Origin: a virus
Direction: 5' to 3' (one strand)
DNA length: 64,000 nucleotides
IMG/VR virus record: IMGVR_UViG_3300033388_005634
Shown here piece by piece: positions 18,194 to 25,873 of the stretch. The position numbers and the translations under genes are program-made. The notes beneath the pieces were generated by a model. That model worked only from the letters and a program-made list of their open reading frames with translations. It was not told where the DNA came from and searched no databases. Within the stretch, counting starts at the first letter, position 1, and each line of letters starts with the position of its first letter.

Positions 18194-18407
18194 TAAGGCC
18201 GGGCAGTTAGTTAATGGGTTTGATTATGATCTACAGTGCTGGGTTAAAGGTGGGAGAGTGCTGGACTGTGGCCATCCGCTGGGGAGTGATTGCGATTGCA
18301 GCGGCCGGAGGCACGCAGGAAGAAGGATTGCATTAGTAAGAAGGCTGGAAAGGCTGGAAGTGGTGAGCGGTGTATTTTTAGGGATGAAAGCGGAGGGCAG
18401 GTTATAA
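18165..18407 (+). CDS. hypothetical Cys/His-rich protein (80 aa)
   Basis: Track ORF trimmed to the ATG at 18165, after GGAGGAGGTGA. Contains DCGHPLGSDCDCSGRRH. Confidence 0.4.
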   Translation: MSRTGRDQFDKAGQLVNGFDYDLQCWVKGGRVLDCGHPLGSDCDCSGRRHAGRRIALVRRLERLEVVSGVFLGMKAEGRL

Positions 18408-18515
18408 TCAGGGCGGCGCTGGGTTACGATCCGGCGCACGCTCTTTTTTTCCGGCAGGTGGCCGGGCTGGGCAGATGATCCAGCTTATACCGATTTGAAA
18501 AGGGAGGGTTTAAAC

Positions 18516-18710
18516 ATGACTAAAGAAGAGAGAATGCTTGTTATTGACTGGATCATAAGAGATATCTTAAACAACCATGAACAAGAACCAGAAGAGCTTG
18601 AAGATATCTTAAAACACGGCGCTGAGGGTTACATTAACTTCACCGACAAGGAGTTGAGAGAAGAGTATTTAAACCGAGCAGAACATAACCCGCTAAGGAT
18701 TAATTTATAA
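18516..18710 (+). CDS. hypothetical acidic protein (64 aa)
   Basis: ATG at 18516 after AAAAGGGAGGG. Confidence 0.5.
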   Translation: MTKEERMLVIDWIIRDILNNHEQEPEELEDILKHGAEGYINFTDKELREEYLNRAEHNPLRINL

Positions 18711-18724
18711 GAAGAGGTGAGCAC

Positions 18725-19156
18725 ATGACTAAAGAAGAATACAAGGGATATCAGGAGAGAGTAAGCAAGTTCTTTGAACGTGAGGGGATCAACAACCTAT
18801 CACTTGCCGGGGGAGTAGAAGAGAGCTTTTTTTCTTCCCGGTCTTGTGACTGTTGCGGGTCGCTGCTGGGCGGGGATCGCTGGCCGGTTAGCGGATGGAA
18901 TGCTCATTCAAAAGAAATATATTGTTATGATATTTGCCCGGACTGCCGTTATTATGCGGAGTATGGCCAGCTTGATGATATGCAAATGCTGGAGATGGAA
19001 GAGCAGGAAGCCGCACGGCTGGAGGGAGAGATTGAGCACTTGAGAAATAAAGCATTTAAAGAGGGAAGCACTATTGAGATTGAAAGCCGGATCGATGATC
19101 TGTGCTGCGAGCATTTAGCAATATTTGAGAAGCAGGCAAAAAGAGAGGAGGGCTGA
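18725..19156 (+). CDS. hypothetical Cys-motif protein (143 aa)
   Basis: ORF track. SCDCCGS...CYDICPDC motifs, then an acidic coiled-coil tail. Confidence 0.55.
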   Translation: MTKEEYKGYQERVSKFFEREGINNLSLAGGVEESFFSSRSCDCCGSLLGGDRWPVSGWNAHSKEIYCYDICPDCRYYAEYGQLDDMQMLEMEEQEAARLEGEIEHLRNKAFKEGSTIEIESRIDDLCCEHLAIFEKQAKREEG

Positions 19157-19160
19157 ATAT

Positions 19161-19241
19161 ATGCGGGGGAACTGGAAAGATGTTTTATACTTTACTGTGG
19201 TGCTTGTGGTGTTATGGATAATTGAAAGGCTGCTGTTTTAG
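19161..19241 (+). CDS. 26-aa hydrophobic micropeptide, paralog B
   Basis: MRGNWKDVLYFTVVLVVLWIIERLLF. GGAGGG lies 8 nt upstream. Paralog of 17835-17915. Confidence 0.45.
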   Translation: MRGNWKDVLYFTVVLVVLWIIERLLF

Positions 19242-19265
19242 TGGCTATAAAAAGGAGGTGAGGAC

Positions 19266-19463
19266 ATGAAAGAGAAAAAAGTTTATGTAATTGATTGTGA
19301 TGATAACGAGGATTTTGGGCAGCGGGAAATGAGGGAAGAGGAGAAAGAAAAGATAAAAGAGAGAGCTAAAAAACTCGATGCGGTTTACTCCTTGCAAGCG
19401 TTTCAAGAGGCTATTAATGATGAAAGTCTTTGGCTAGAGAATAGCTTTATATTAATTGATTAA
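19266..19463 (+). CDS. hypothetical acidic protein (65 aa)
   Basis: ORF track. AAAAGGAGGTGAGGAC precedes the ATG. Confidence 0.5.
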   Translation: MKEKKVYVIDCDDNEDFGQREMREEEKEKIKERAKKLDAVYSLQAFQEAINDESLWLENSFILID

Positions 19464-19475
19464 GAGGGCTGGAAC

Positions 19476-19652
19476 ATGAAACCAAAAAGCATTAGGCAGT
19501 TTATAAGAGAGAACAAGCAGGAGATCGACAGACACATAAAGGAGAAAGTCCCAAACTACCCGGAGCCGCTAAACAACGGGGAGCGGGAAGCGTGGATCAT
19601 GAACGATGAGGGGTTGTATAGCTGGGCGCAGGTGGAAGGTGTAAAAATCTAA
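19476..19652 (+). CDS. hypothetical protein (58 aa)
   Basis: Own translation MKPKSIRQFIRENKQEIDRHIKEKVPNYPEPLNNGEREAWIMNDEGLYSWAQVEGVKI. GAGGGCTGGAAC junction. Below the track cutoff. Confidence 0.45.
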   Translation: MKPKSIRQFIRENKQEIDRHIKEKVPNYPEPLNNGEREAWIMNDEGLYSWAQVEGVKI

Positions 19653-19666
19653 AGGAGGGCTAGACC

Positions 19667-19885
19667 GTGGGGACTGGTGAACTTATCAGAGAGAACAAAG
19701 AAAAGATCGGGCGGGCAATCTGGGAGCAGGAACTTGCCACGATACCGATTGACGAGGACGGGAACATTGACCGGCCTTTCTTCCACTTTAAAAAGGGAGA
19801 GGATAAGAAGGCGGTCTGGGACTGGTTTGAAAAAACCTTTAACGTTAGAGTGTTTGACTTAATAAACAGGAGGGCTAGGACGTGA
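19667..19885 (+). CDS. hypothetical protein (72 aa), GTG start
   Basis: ORF track. AAAGGAGGGCTAGACC junction precedes the GTG. Confidence 0.45.
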   Translation: MGTGELIRENKEKIGRAIWEQELATIPIDEDGNIDRPFFHFKKGEDKKAVWDWFEKTFNVRVFDLINRRART

Positions 19886-20286
19886 GAGAAGATAAGACAA
19901 CGTGTGCATATTGCGGGAAGAGTAAAGAGGGCTTGAGCTTTGTAATCGGTGCGAGCAATAAGCCTGATTGGTGCATGGTAGAAGGGACGGGAAAAATGAC
20001 CTGCCCAGAGTGTTACAACGTGGCGATGGAAGAAGGACAGGAACGGATCAGGAAACATATAGAGGGGCATAATAAGAGGGTTGAGGCAAGCAAGGACTTA
20101 AAAGTTGAGATATTCCATGATGGAGAAGAAATAAGAGTGCGGAACGTTGCGGCATTATGGGAAGGAAAGTTGGGGAAAGTGTTGCGCTGGGTACATGATG
20201 GGCTTTACGTGGTGGAGGTGGATAACATCACCAAGAAAATAGAGATTTTCCTTGACAGTAGCAAGGGAGAGCTTGAAAAACTTTAA
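19882..20286 (+). CDS. zinc-ribbon protein (134 aa), GTG start
   Basis: CAYCGKS...CPECY. GGAGGGCTAGGAC junction. Confidence 0.5.
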   Translation: MREDKTTCAYCGKSKEGLSFVIGASNKPDWCMVEGTGKMTCPECYNVAMEEGQERIRKHIEGHNKRVEASKDLKVEIFHDGEEIRVRNVAALWEGKLGKVLRWVHDGLYVVEVDNITKKIEIFLDSSKGELEKL

Positions 20287-20303
20287 AACGGGAGGGCTAG
20301 GAC

Positions 20304-20606
20304 ATGGAGAGAGAAATATTAAAGTTTAAATGGACGGTATCACGGGCACGGGACACATACGGGTATAATATTTGCAGCTTATATGTCAACGGCAAGAAGG
20401 TGTCAGGCTGTAACGGTGGCGGGTATGACATGAAAGGGACGGCGCTCGGAGCATGGGTTGAGATGAGGTTCAAGGATGAGCTGCTAAAGTTAAAAGAAGA
20501 GTTTTATGGCTTGACGTTTCACGATCCTAATTTTGATCCGGGGCTGAAAGAGATTGAAGGGGAAACGATCCGGGAGAGAGAAGACCGGGAAGAGTCTGGG
20601 GCTTGA
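20304..20606 (+). CDS. hypothetical protein, upstream segment of an apparently split gene
   Basis: ORF track. GGGAGGGCTAGGAC junction. The reading frame ends inside an overlap with a start-less ORF in the +1 frame. Confidence 0.5.
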   Translation: MEREILKFKWTVSRARDTYGYNICSLYVNGKKVSGCNGGGYDMKGTALGAWVEMRFKDELLKLKEEFYGLTFHDPNFDPGLKEIEGETIREREDREESGA

Positions 20607-20811
20607 AAGATATCAGGCGTGTTACTCGGCAAGCTCCAAAGTGCCGACTGATAAGCACGTGATCCCTTCAATGGATGGGGCTTGCGGGTTTGGAAGTATG
20701 GAGAAGATACTTAATGCCATTGGTTACGTCCTTGAGTTTATAGACGATGGAAGAAAAAACAGCATATACCTTTTACGAGAGATGAATGAAGAGAGAGCAG
20801 GAAACTTATAG
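20554..20811 (+). pseudogene. downstream (+1 frame) segment of the split gene
   Basis: The frame opens at 20548. It has no ATG/GTG and no Shine-Dalgarno; the track M is a TTG. The sequence looks coding (LGLERYQACYSASSKVPTDKHVIPSMDGACGFGSMEKILNAIGYVLEFI). Confidence 0.4.
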
Positions 20812-21076
20812 ACATATCCCATGCGTGGGCTGCGGGTACTGCTGCATGAAAGCGCCATGTGCCACAATTCAACAAATACGCTTTGAAGCGATGGGCTATT
20901 ATTTCTATTGTGAGCTTGAAGAAAAAATGCGCTGCCCGGCGCTATACTGGAATGGGAAGAGGTACTGCTGCGCTTTGGCTGATATATCAAAAGCGGCTAG
21001 GCGATCACTACAAATCGGGGCGGGCTGTACCTCTTCCCTGAACAGTTGGAGGGAGGACGTGAAGGAGAGGGAGTAG
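20786..21076 (+). CDS. CxxCxxCC (YkgJ/UPF0153-like) Cys-rich metal-binding protein
   Basis: CVGCGYCC motif plus further Cys residues (CELEEKMRCP, YCC, GAGC). Confidence 0.45.
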   Translation: MKREQETYRHIPCVGCGYCCMKAPCATIQQIRFEAMGYYFYCELEEKMRCPALYWNGKRYCCALADISKAARRSLQIGAGCTSSLNSWREDVKERE

Positions 21077-21121
21077 AAGAGAGGATGATAAGACATGAAC
21101 ATAGTAAAAGGGAGGTGAGCA

Positions 21122-21319
21122 ATGAGGACATTTCAGAACTTTCCACAAGATGGAGTTAAGTGTATCATCTGTAATACTAACATCAATAAACAAGTTGTGC
21201 TTATTCCTATTGCTGGCACAGGAGAGGGGTTTAATTATGAAGCTATCCCAGTACATCTAGCTTGCATAGAACTGTTCTACAACTCGGAGCTAAAGATATT
21301 AATACAAAAACTAGACTAA
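21122..21319 (+). CDS. hypothetical protein (65 aa)
   Basis: ORF track. AAAGGGAGGTGAGCA junction. Confidence 0.5.
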   Translation: MRTFQNFPQDGVKCIICNTNINKQVVLIPIAGTGEGFNYEAIPVHLACIELFYNSELKILIQKLD

Positions 21320-21334
21320 AAGGGAGGTGAGAGC

Positions 21335-21565
21335 ATGAGCATAAAAGTTAAGACAGAGGGCTGGATCATGGGGAGGAATGGGCTGGCAAACTTAACGGTG
21401 GTTGAGGTGTCAGCTCCTTACGATAGCGGAGGGAGAGAGGTTATAAAGATTGACGGAGTAGGCAAGCGAGGAGTGATCAATGGCGGGCTGGAGATAGAAG
21501 CTAAAGTAATGACAGAGCTTGCGGTTGAGTGGTTGACTAAACATACGATATGGCAGGTATCATAA
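21335..21565 (+). CDS. hypothetical protein (76 aa)
   Basis: ORF track. AAAGGGAGGTGAGAGC junction. Confidence 0.5.
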   Translation: MSIKVKTEGWIMGRNGLANLTVVEVSAPYDSGGREVIKIDGVGKRGVINGGLEIEAKVMTELAVEWLTKHTIWQVS

Positions 21566-21582
21566 AAAGGGAGGGCTAAGAC

Positions 21583-22251
21583 ATGAGTGAGATAGTTGAC
21601 ACGATTGAGTATAAGGGATACACGATTAACATTAAGCATGATTGCGATGCAGCTGATCCTAGAGAGTGGGATAATTTAGGGAAGATGGTTTGCTTCCACC
21701 GGAACTATCAGCTGGGAGATGAAAGTTGTTACAGGTTGGAAGAGTTTGACGGATGGCAAGAGTTAGCTGATTGGCTAGTTAAGGAAGAGGGAGCGCTTGT
21801 TATCCTCCCGCTTTACCTTTATGATCATTCAGGTATAACCATGAGTACAGGATCATTCAGCTGCCCGTGGGATAGTAGACAGGTGGGGTTTATCTACGCT
21901 GACAAGAAGATGATCTTGGACTGTTACGGTGGAAAGAAAGTCACTAAGGCGAAGCTGGAAAAAGTGGAGAAAGGGTTAATATCAGAAGTTAAGGTCTATG
22001 CCAGCTGGATAGAGGGCAGCTGCTACGGCTGGACAGTTGACGATCCTGAAGGTAACGAGATTTATGATAGCTGCTGGGGCTACTACGGTTATAAGTGGGA
22101 TAAGAACGGGCTTAAAGAGGCGGCGGAGAATGCTATTGATTGTGAGATAGTAGATAGGGCGGAGAAGGCGGAGGAGGGTAGATTGTATAAGGTAAAGAAA
22201 GCTAAGGCACTGGTGAGAAATAGAGTGCCGTTAGAGAGGAGGTGGGCTTGA
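21583..22251 (+). CDS. conserved phage protein of unknown function (222 aa)
   Basis: ORF track. AAAAGGGAGGGCTAAGAC junction. DPREWDNLG...LYLYDHSG pattern recalls a widespread phage/plasmid family whose function I do not know. Confidence 0.6.
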   Translation: MSEIVDTIEYKGYTINIKHDCDAADPREWDNLGKMVCFHRNYQLGDESCYRLEEFDGWQELADWLVKEEGALVILPLYLYDHSGITMSTGSFSCPWDSRQVGFIYADKKMILDCYGGKKVTKAKLEKVEKGLISEVKVYASWIEGSCYGWTVDDPEGNEIYDSCWGYYGYKWDKNGLKEAAENAIDCEIVDRAEKAEEGRLYKVKKAKALVRNRVPLERRWA

Positions 22252-22451
22252 TGAGTGAGCTAAGCATGGATGAATACGAAACATTGTTTAACAAGCAGTA
22301 TGGAGATTTGCCAGTAGGAGGATTTCTTAACCCAAAGATAGTTGAGAGAACTAGCAGCACAATAATCTTCCGTTGTCACTACAACAATTTTGAGATGGAA
22401 GATGATAGCTGGCACTATTATTTTGACATAGGAACTAAAACGTTTTGCTAA
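22251..22451 (+). CDS. hypothetical protein (66 aa)
   Basis: Track ORF trimmed to the ATG at 22251 (TGATG overlap with the previous stop). GGAGGTGGGCTTG junction. Confidence 0.5.
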   Translation: MSELSMDEYETLFNKQYGDLPVGGFLNPKIVERTSSTIIFRCHYNNFEMEDDSWHYYFDIGTKTFC

Positions 22452-22467
22452 AAGGGAGGTGGGCTTG

Positions 22468-22668
22468 ATGGCAGAAGAAACAAAAGAGGTAGAAGAGCAA
22501 AAAGGGAAATGCCCGGAGTGTGAAAGTGAGCTGGTATATAAGGACAAGGATTTTACAGGTGACTTAGATGGCATTGGCCGGGAATGCTATTGCTGTAATA
22601 TTAGGTGTGGCTGGGAAGGGGTCGAATGGTATCGTTTGTTCTTTACCGGCTTTACTAAAACAAACTAA
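22468..22668 (+). CDS. zinc-ribbon protein (66 aa)
   Basis: Trimmed to the ATG at 22468 after AAAAGGGAGGTGGGCTTG. CPECES...CYCCNIRC. Confidence 0.5.
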   Translation: MAEETKEVEEQKGKCPECESELVYKDKDFTGDLDGIGRECYCCNIRCGWEGVEWYRLFFTGFTKTN

Positions 22669-22684
22669 AAGGGAGGTGGGCTTA

Positions 22685-22849
22685 ATGGATCAAGCAGTAG
22701 TAATTGAGGTGATCGGCGGATGTGCTGATTGCACGAACAAACCAAAGGGGATTAAGGTTGCGATTGTTGATTATGATCATGAGAAAGAAGACGATAACTA
22801 TAAGCCGCAGGTGTATGAAGCGGATGAAGAGATAATCGGAGAGGAGTAA
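22685..22849 (+). CDS. hypothetical protein (54 aa)
   Basis: ATG at 22685 after TAAAAGGGAGGTGGGCTTA. The upstream part of track ORF 22568 overlaps the previous gene. Confidence 0.45.
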   Translation: MDQAVVIEVIGGCADCTNKPKGIKVAIVDYDHEKEDDNYKPQVYEADEEIIGEE

Positions 22850-22865
22850 AAGGGAGGTGGGCTTG

Positions 22866-23015
22866 ATGGCATACAGATTAGATATTTATAGCTTGGAGTC
22901 AAGCGAGGTATTCGCAAACGAAGAGGCGGCAGATGAAGAGATGGATTATCAGTCAAGAGTGATGGAAAGATTGTGCCGGGTAAGACAGGTCGATGATGGC
23001 GAGTTAGATGATTAA
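22866..23015 (+). CDS. hypothetical acidic protein (49 aa)
   Basis: Own translation MAYRLDIYSLESSEVFANEEAADEEMDYQSRVMERLCRVRQVDDGELDD. TAAAAGGGAGGTGGGCTTG junction. Confidence 0.4.
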   Translation: MAYRLDIYSLESSEVFANEEAADEEMDYQSRVMERLCRVRQVDDGELDD

Positions 23016-23038
23016 CTTTCAAAAGGGAGGGCTAGACA

Positions 23039-23284
23039 ATGAACATAAAAGAGGCGATTGAACATTTAGAGAGTTATGATCTAAAAACAGACTGCGCCTT
23101 TCATCTATGGCTGCCAGACGATGTAAAAGGGATCGCAGAGGATGAGGAGATAAAGCTAAACAATGAAGAGGTGGGAATGATACTTGATAACATTCACCAG
23201 CATACTGATAGTGAACTAGGGATCACGTGGGAAACTATCAGATGCGGCGTTTGTGACTTTGATCAAGAGAGAGGAGGTGAATGA
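23039..23284 (+). CDS. hypothetical protein (81 aa)
   Basis: ORF track. AAAAGGGAGGGCTAGACA junction. Confidence 0.5.
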   Translation: MNIKEAIEHLESYDLKTDCAFHLWLPDDVKGIAEDEEIKLNNEEVGMILDNIHQHTDSELGITWETIRCGVCDFDQERGGE

Positions 23285-23448
23285 TGGTACAGAAAGTTAA
23301 GTGCAATATGTGCGGCTGGAAGGGTGATGAAGATGATCTGGAGCATATCCCGGACGGGTTTAGTAAGGCCGGTGATCGTATGTGGCAGGATGCGTGCCCT
23401 ACGTGTAAGACTGATGAATACTTGATGGACGTGGAAGGAGGTGATTAG
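23281..23448 (+). CDS. zinc-ribbon protein (55 aa)
   Basis: Own translation MMVQKVKCNMCGWKGDEDDLEHIPDGFSKAGDRMWQDACPTCKTDEYLMDVEGGD. ATGA overlap with the previous gene. Confidence 0.45.
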   Translation: MMVQKVKCNMCGWKGDEDDLEHIPDGFSKAGDRMWQDACPTCKTDEYLMDVEGGD

Positions 23449-23586
23449 ATGGCAACAGAAAGGGGCTGGTGGAAGCTAACAACAACAATCTGGATGAACG
23501 ATCTAACCGATGCTGATCTGGAGCATATCGCAAAGATGATTGTTGAGGGGTACACAGAGGGAGAGATTATAAAGGACAAGGAGTAA
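23449..23586 (+). CDS. hypothetical protein (45 aa)
   Basis: Own translation MATERGWWKLTTTIWMNDLTDADLEHIAKMIVEGYTEGEIIKDKE. GGAGGTGATTAG precedes the ATG. Confidence 0.4.
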   Translation: MATERGWWKLTTTIWMNDLTDADLEHIAKMIVEGYTEGEIIKDKE

Positions 23587-23613
23587 GCATATTCCAAAAG
23601 GGAGGCGTGAGAT

Positions 23614-24117
23614 ATGAAGATACTACCAGAGAGGTTAAAGGAGCTTAACAAAGTTTTAGCTGCAATAGGTAAGTATGGCAGGGATATATCGAACAAGGAG
23701 ATTATTGAGAGAGAGAAGTTTGGTATGTCTGCATTCTATACGGCACGGAAGAAGTTGCAGTTGCTGGGGCGTATCAGTAAAAGAGATAACAAGGAGGTGA
23801 TTGATCCATCAGATGTTACGATGGATAAGTATAAGATGGTTGGTGATCCTTACAATAAGAAGAGTCAGCGGAGAGCCAAGTCACTGGCAGGAAAAGGGAC
23901 GGTTGGCAAGAAGGCAGCTAGGAAGGCGGTTAAGAAGATCAAGGCCAATCCGGGTATTTATATGGAAAGGGGAGAGGGCAAGGTGCATGAAACACTCACC
24001 AATCCGATTGAGCTTCCTCTATATGAGCATAAGAGCGGAGCGGAGATATCAATCAGCGGGACAGCAGATGGAGTTATCAGATTTATCAGGCTACTTAAGG
24101 ACGGGGTATTAGGTTAG
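23614..24117 (+). CDS. putative DNA-binding protein (167 aa)
   Basis: ORF track. N-terminal helix-turn-helix-like region (ISNKEIIEREKFGMSAFYTARKKLQLLGRI) and a Lys/Arg-rich centre. Confidence 0.4.
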   Translation: MKILPERLKELNKVLAAIGKYGRDISNKEIIEREKFGMSAFYTARKKLQLLGRISKRDNKEVIDPSDVTMDKYKMVGDPYNKKSQRRAKSLAGKGTVGKKAARKAVKKIKANPGIYMERGEGKVHETLTNPIELPLYEHKSGAEISISGTADGVIRFIRLLKDGVLG

Positions 24118-24151
24118 CAATTAGAAACTCAAACAAAAGGGAGGACTGGAA

Positions 24152-24484
24152 ATGGACAAGATTAGGATCGTACAGATTTTTCAGGGCATGGATTTGAGAG
24201 CGGGGGAGGGCAAATTAACATGGTGGCTATATACCGCAACGAAGTACAAGAAGAACCAGATGGAGCCGGGAGAGGTATTCATGTTCATCAACCGGAAGAG
24301 AAATATTGTGAAAGTGATGGCTGCTCGGGGTATACTGACAGAGAGGCTCCCGGACAATCAAACGTGGGACTTCAAGTTGAGAAGAGATCAGCTGCTTAAG
24401 CTGGTTGGTCAGGCGTTCGGTATTAACTGGAACATGAGTAGTAAGGTATATACTGATGGACGCAAACAAACCTTAAAGGAGTGA
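24152..24484 (+). CDS. IS66 Orf2 (TnpB)-like protein, orphan
   Basis: By-eye alignment to IS66-family Orf2: GMDLRAGEGKL, GEVFMFINRKRNIVKVM, ERLPDNQTWDF and RRDQLLKLVGQAFGINW match DMRK.F.gL, G.lFiFrgrrgd.vKiL, KRLE.g.F.WP and it..QL..Ll.gldW. Confidence 0.5.
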   Translation: MDKIRIVQIFQGMDLRAGEGKLTWWLYTATKYKKNQMEPGEVFMFINRKRNIVKVMAARGILTERLPDNQTWDFKLRRDQLLKLVGQAFGINWNMSSKVYTDGRKQTLKE

Positions 24485-24487
24485 GCT

Positions 24488-24709
24488 ATGGGAGTAGAGA
24501 AAGAAGCACTAAAGAAACACTTATCTGATGCAGAGTGGAACGATCTCAAGCGGTGTTTAGAGGGGAATCTTGATCTTTACATGGACTGCGAGAAGCTTTT
24601 CGTTAACCTGTGCGACTACTATGCGGACGAGATGCCGTATGGGACAGCTAAGGCGAGGACAGGTGATCCGGATGTTTGGATATTAGAGAGGATTGGACAG
24701 TTTATGTAA
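24488..24709 (+). CDS. hypothetical protein (73 aa)
   Basis: ORF track. AAGGAG Shine-Dalgarno. Confidence 0.5.
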   Translation: MGVEKEALKKHLSDAEWNDLKRCLEGNLDLYMDCEKLFVNLCDYYADEMPYGTAKARTGDPDVWILERIGQFM

Positions 24710-24753
24710 AAGGGAGTCTTTAGAGTCAATCGGAATGCAGAGGAGAGTTAAAG

Positions 24754-24981
24754 ATGAGCAAAGAGATTAGTTCAGAGAAATATGAGGTTGCGCTGGATAA
24801 GGAGAGAGAGGAGTTTTTTGGTAGTATGGAAGAGATCAGGTTAGATGCTGAGCAAGCTGTTGTTAAGTACGGTATCCCGCTTGAAAAGTTTGATGAAAAA
24901 TGGAATAAGTTTATTACTGAACTTGATAGTAGCTTGGTGGAGAACTTCTCGCTTGACCGTGATCCGGAGGACATGCCATGA
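24754..24981 (+). CDS. hypothetical acidic protein (75 aa)
   Basis: ORF track. 4-nt overlap with the next gene. Confidence 0.5.
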   Translation: MSKEISSEKYEVALDKEREEFFGSMEEIRLDAEQAVVKYGIPLEKFDEKWNKFITELDSSLVENFSLDRDPEDMP

Positions 24982-25430
24982 GAAAAGGACAGAAACATTC
25001 AGAGAAGACCAAGGAAAAACTTAGAGCTAAGCTAAAAGGGAAGATTCTGGATCCTGCAATAGTAGAGAGAAGGAATGCAGTTCGGAGAAGGAACCATCCC
25101 TTTTGGCATTCAGAGGAGACCATTGAGAAGATAAGGGCAGCTTCTACTGGAGTGGTACCGTCTGAAGAGACTCGGAGAAGGATATCGTTTAGCTTGAAAA
25201 ATAGAGAAATGAGTCTTGAGGAGAGAGCAGGGAGAGCTTGGGGTTTAAGGGGCAAGCCACGCAGCGAAGAAACCAGAGAGAAGATTAAGTATGGCATGAA
25301 ACGCTACTGGGAAAGGAAAAAGTTAGCAGAAGTTAAGGTTGATCAAGAGATCGCTGATAATCTCTCAGAGGTGAGGGGAGCTATTAAACACAAGAAGGAG
25401 AGAAGGAAAATAGAAGGAGGTGATGTATAA
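24978..25430 (+). CDS. NUMOD3-repeat DNA-binding protein without recognisable nuclease domain
   Basis: Four repeats of the NUMOD3 pattern: GQKHSEKTKEKLRAKLKG, HPFWHSEETIEKIRAASTG, VPSEETRRRISFSLK, GKPRSEETREKIKYGMKRYW. Confidence 0.55.
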   Translation: MRKGQKHSEKTKEKLRAKLKGKILDPAIVERRNAVRRRNHPFWHSEETIEKIRAASTGVVPSEETRRRISFSLKNREMSLEERAGRAWGLRGKPRSEETREKIKYGMKRYWERKKLAEVKVDQEIADNLSEVRGAIKHKKERRKIEGGDV

Positions 25431-25723
25431 TGCCAAAACCAAGCATTCCTGATAGAGAAGAGGTTTTGGAAATATTAAAAGGGATGGGCTATGAGCCATC
25501 TAGGAAAGGCTTCAAACAGTGTATCAAAGAGAGTCTTAAGATTATGTCAATGAGTACGCTGGCCAAACAGCTGGATATTTCTAAGGTTGGCTTACGAGAT
25601 TGGATGATCAGATTCAAGCTGAAGAACCCTAATAAGCCGGGAGGGAACAATAATCCGGGTGGTTGCTATGGCAAGACGGGTATGAGAAGAAACATGAAAG
25701 ATGGTTGTATGTGGAGGAATTGA
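25430..25723 (+). CDS. helix-turn-helix protein (97 aa)
   Basis: MSTLAKQLDISKVGLRDWM looks like an HTH. TAATG overlap with the NUMOD3 gene. Confidence 0.45.
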   Translation: MPKPSIPDREEVLEILKGMGYEPSRKGFKQCIKESLKIMSMSTLAKQLDISKVGLRDWMIRFKLKNPNKPGGNNNPGGCYGKTGMRRNMKDGCMWRN

Positions 25724-25873
25724 TGGGAAGAGCCGTAAAGGGTCCTGAGAGGTATTATCTTGATCTATAAAGGTATGGGGATTAATAAAGGGGAGATCTC
25801 TTCTCTCGGGGCAACCTTGTGAGGACTAGGCTATAATATGGAAGGGGTCTCAGGTGTAAAAGGGAGGTGCCGG

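Noticed and set aside
23334-23529. 16-nt exact repeat TGATCTGGAGCATATC (23334 and 23514) encoding DLEHI in two adjacent small ORFs.
   Set aside because: One exact 16-mer pair is about what chance gives in 64 kb (order 0.5 expected pairs). Not enough to claim paralogy.
25833-25838. Perfect TATAAT hexamer upstream of the 25874 gene.
   Set aside because: No acceptable -35 or TG extension lies at the right distance. A lone hexamer is expected by chance.
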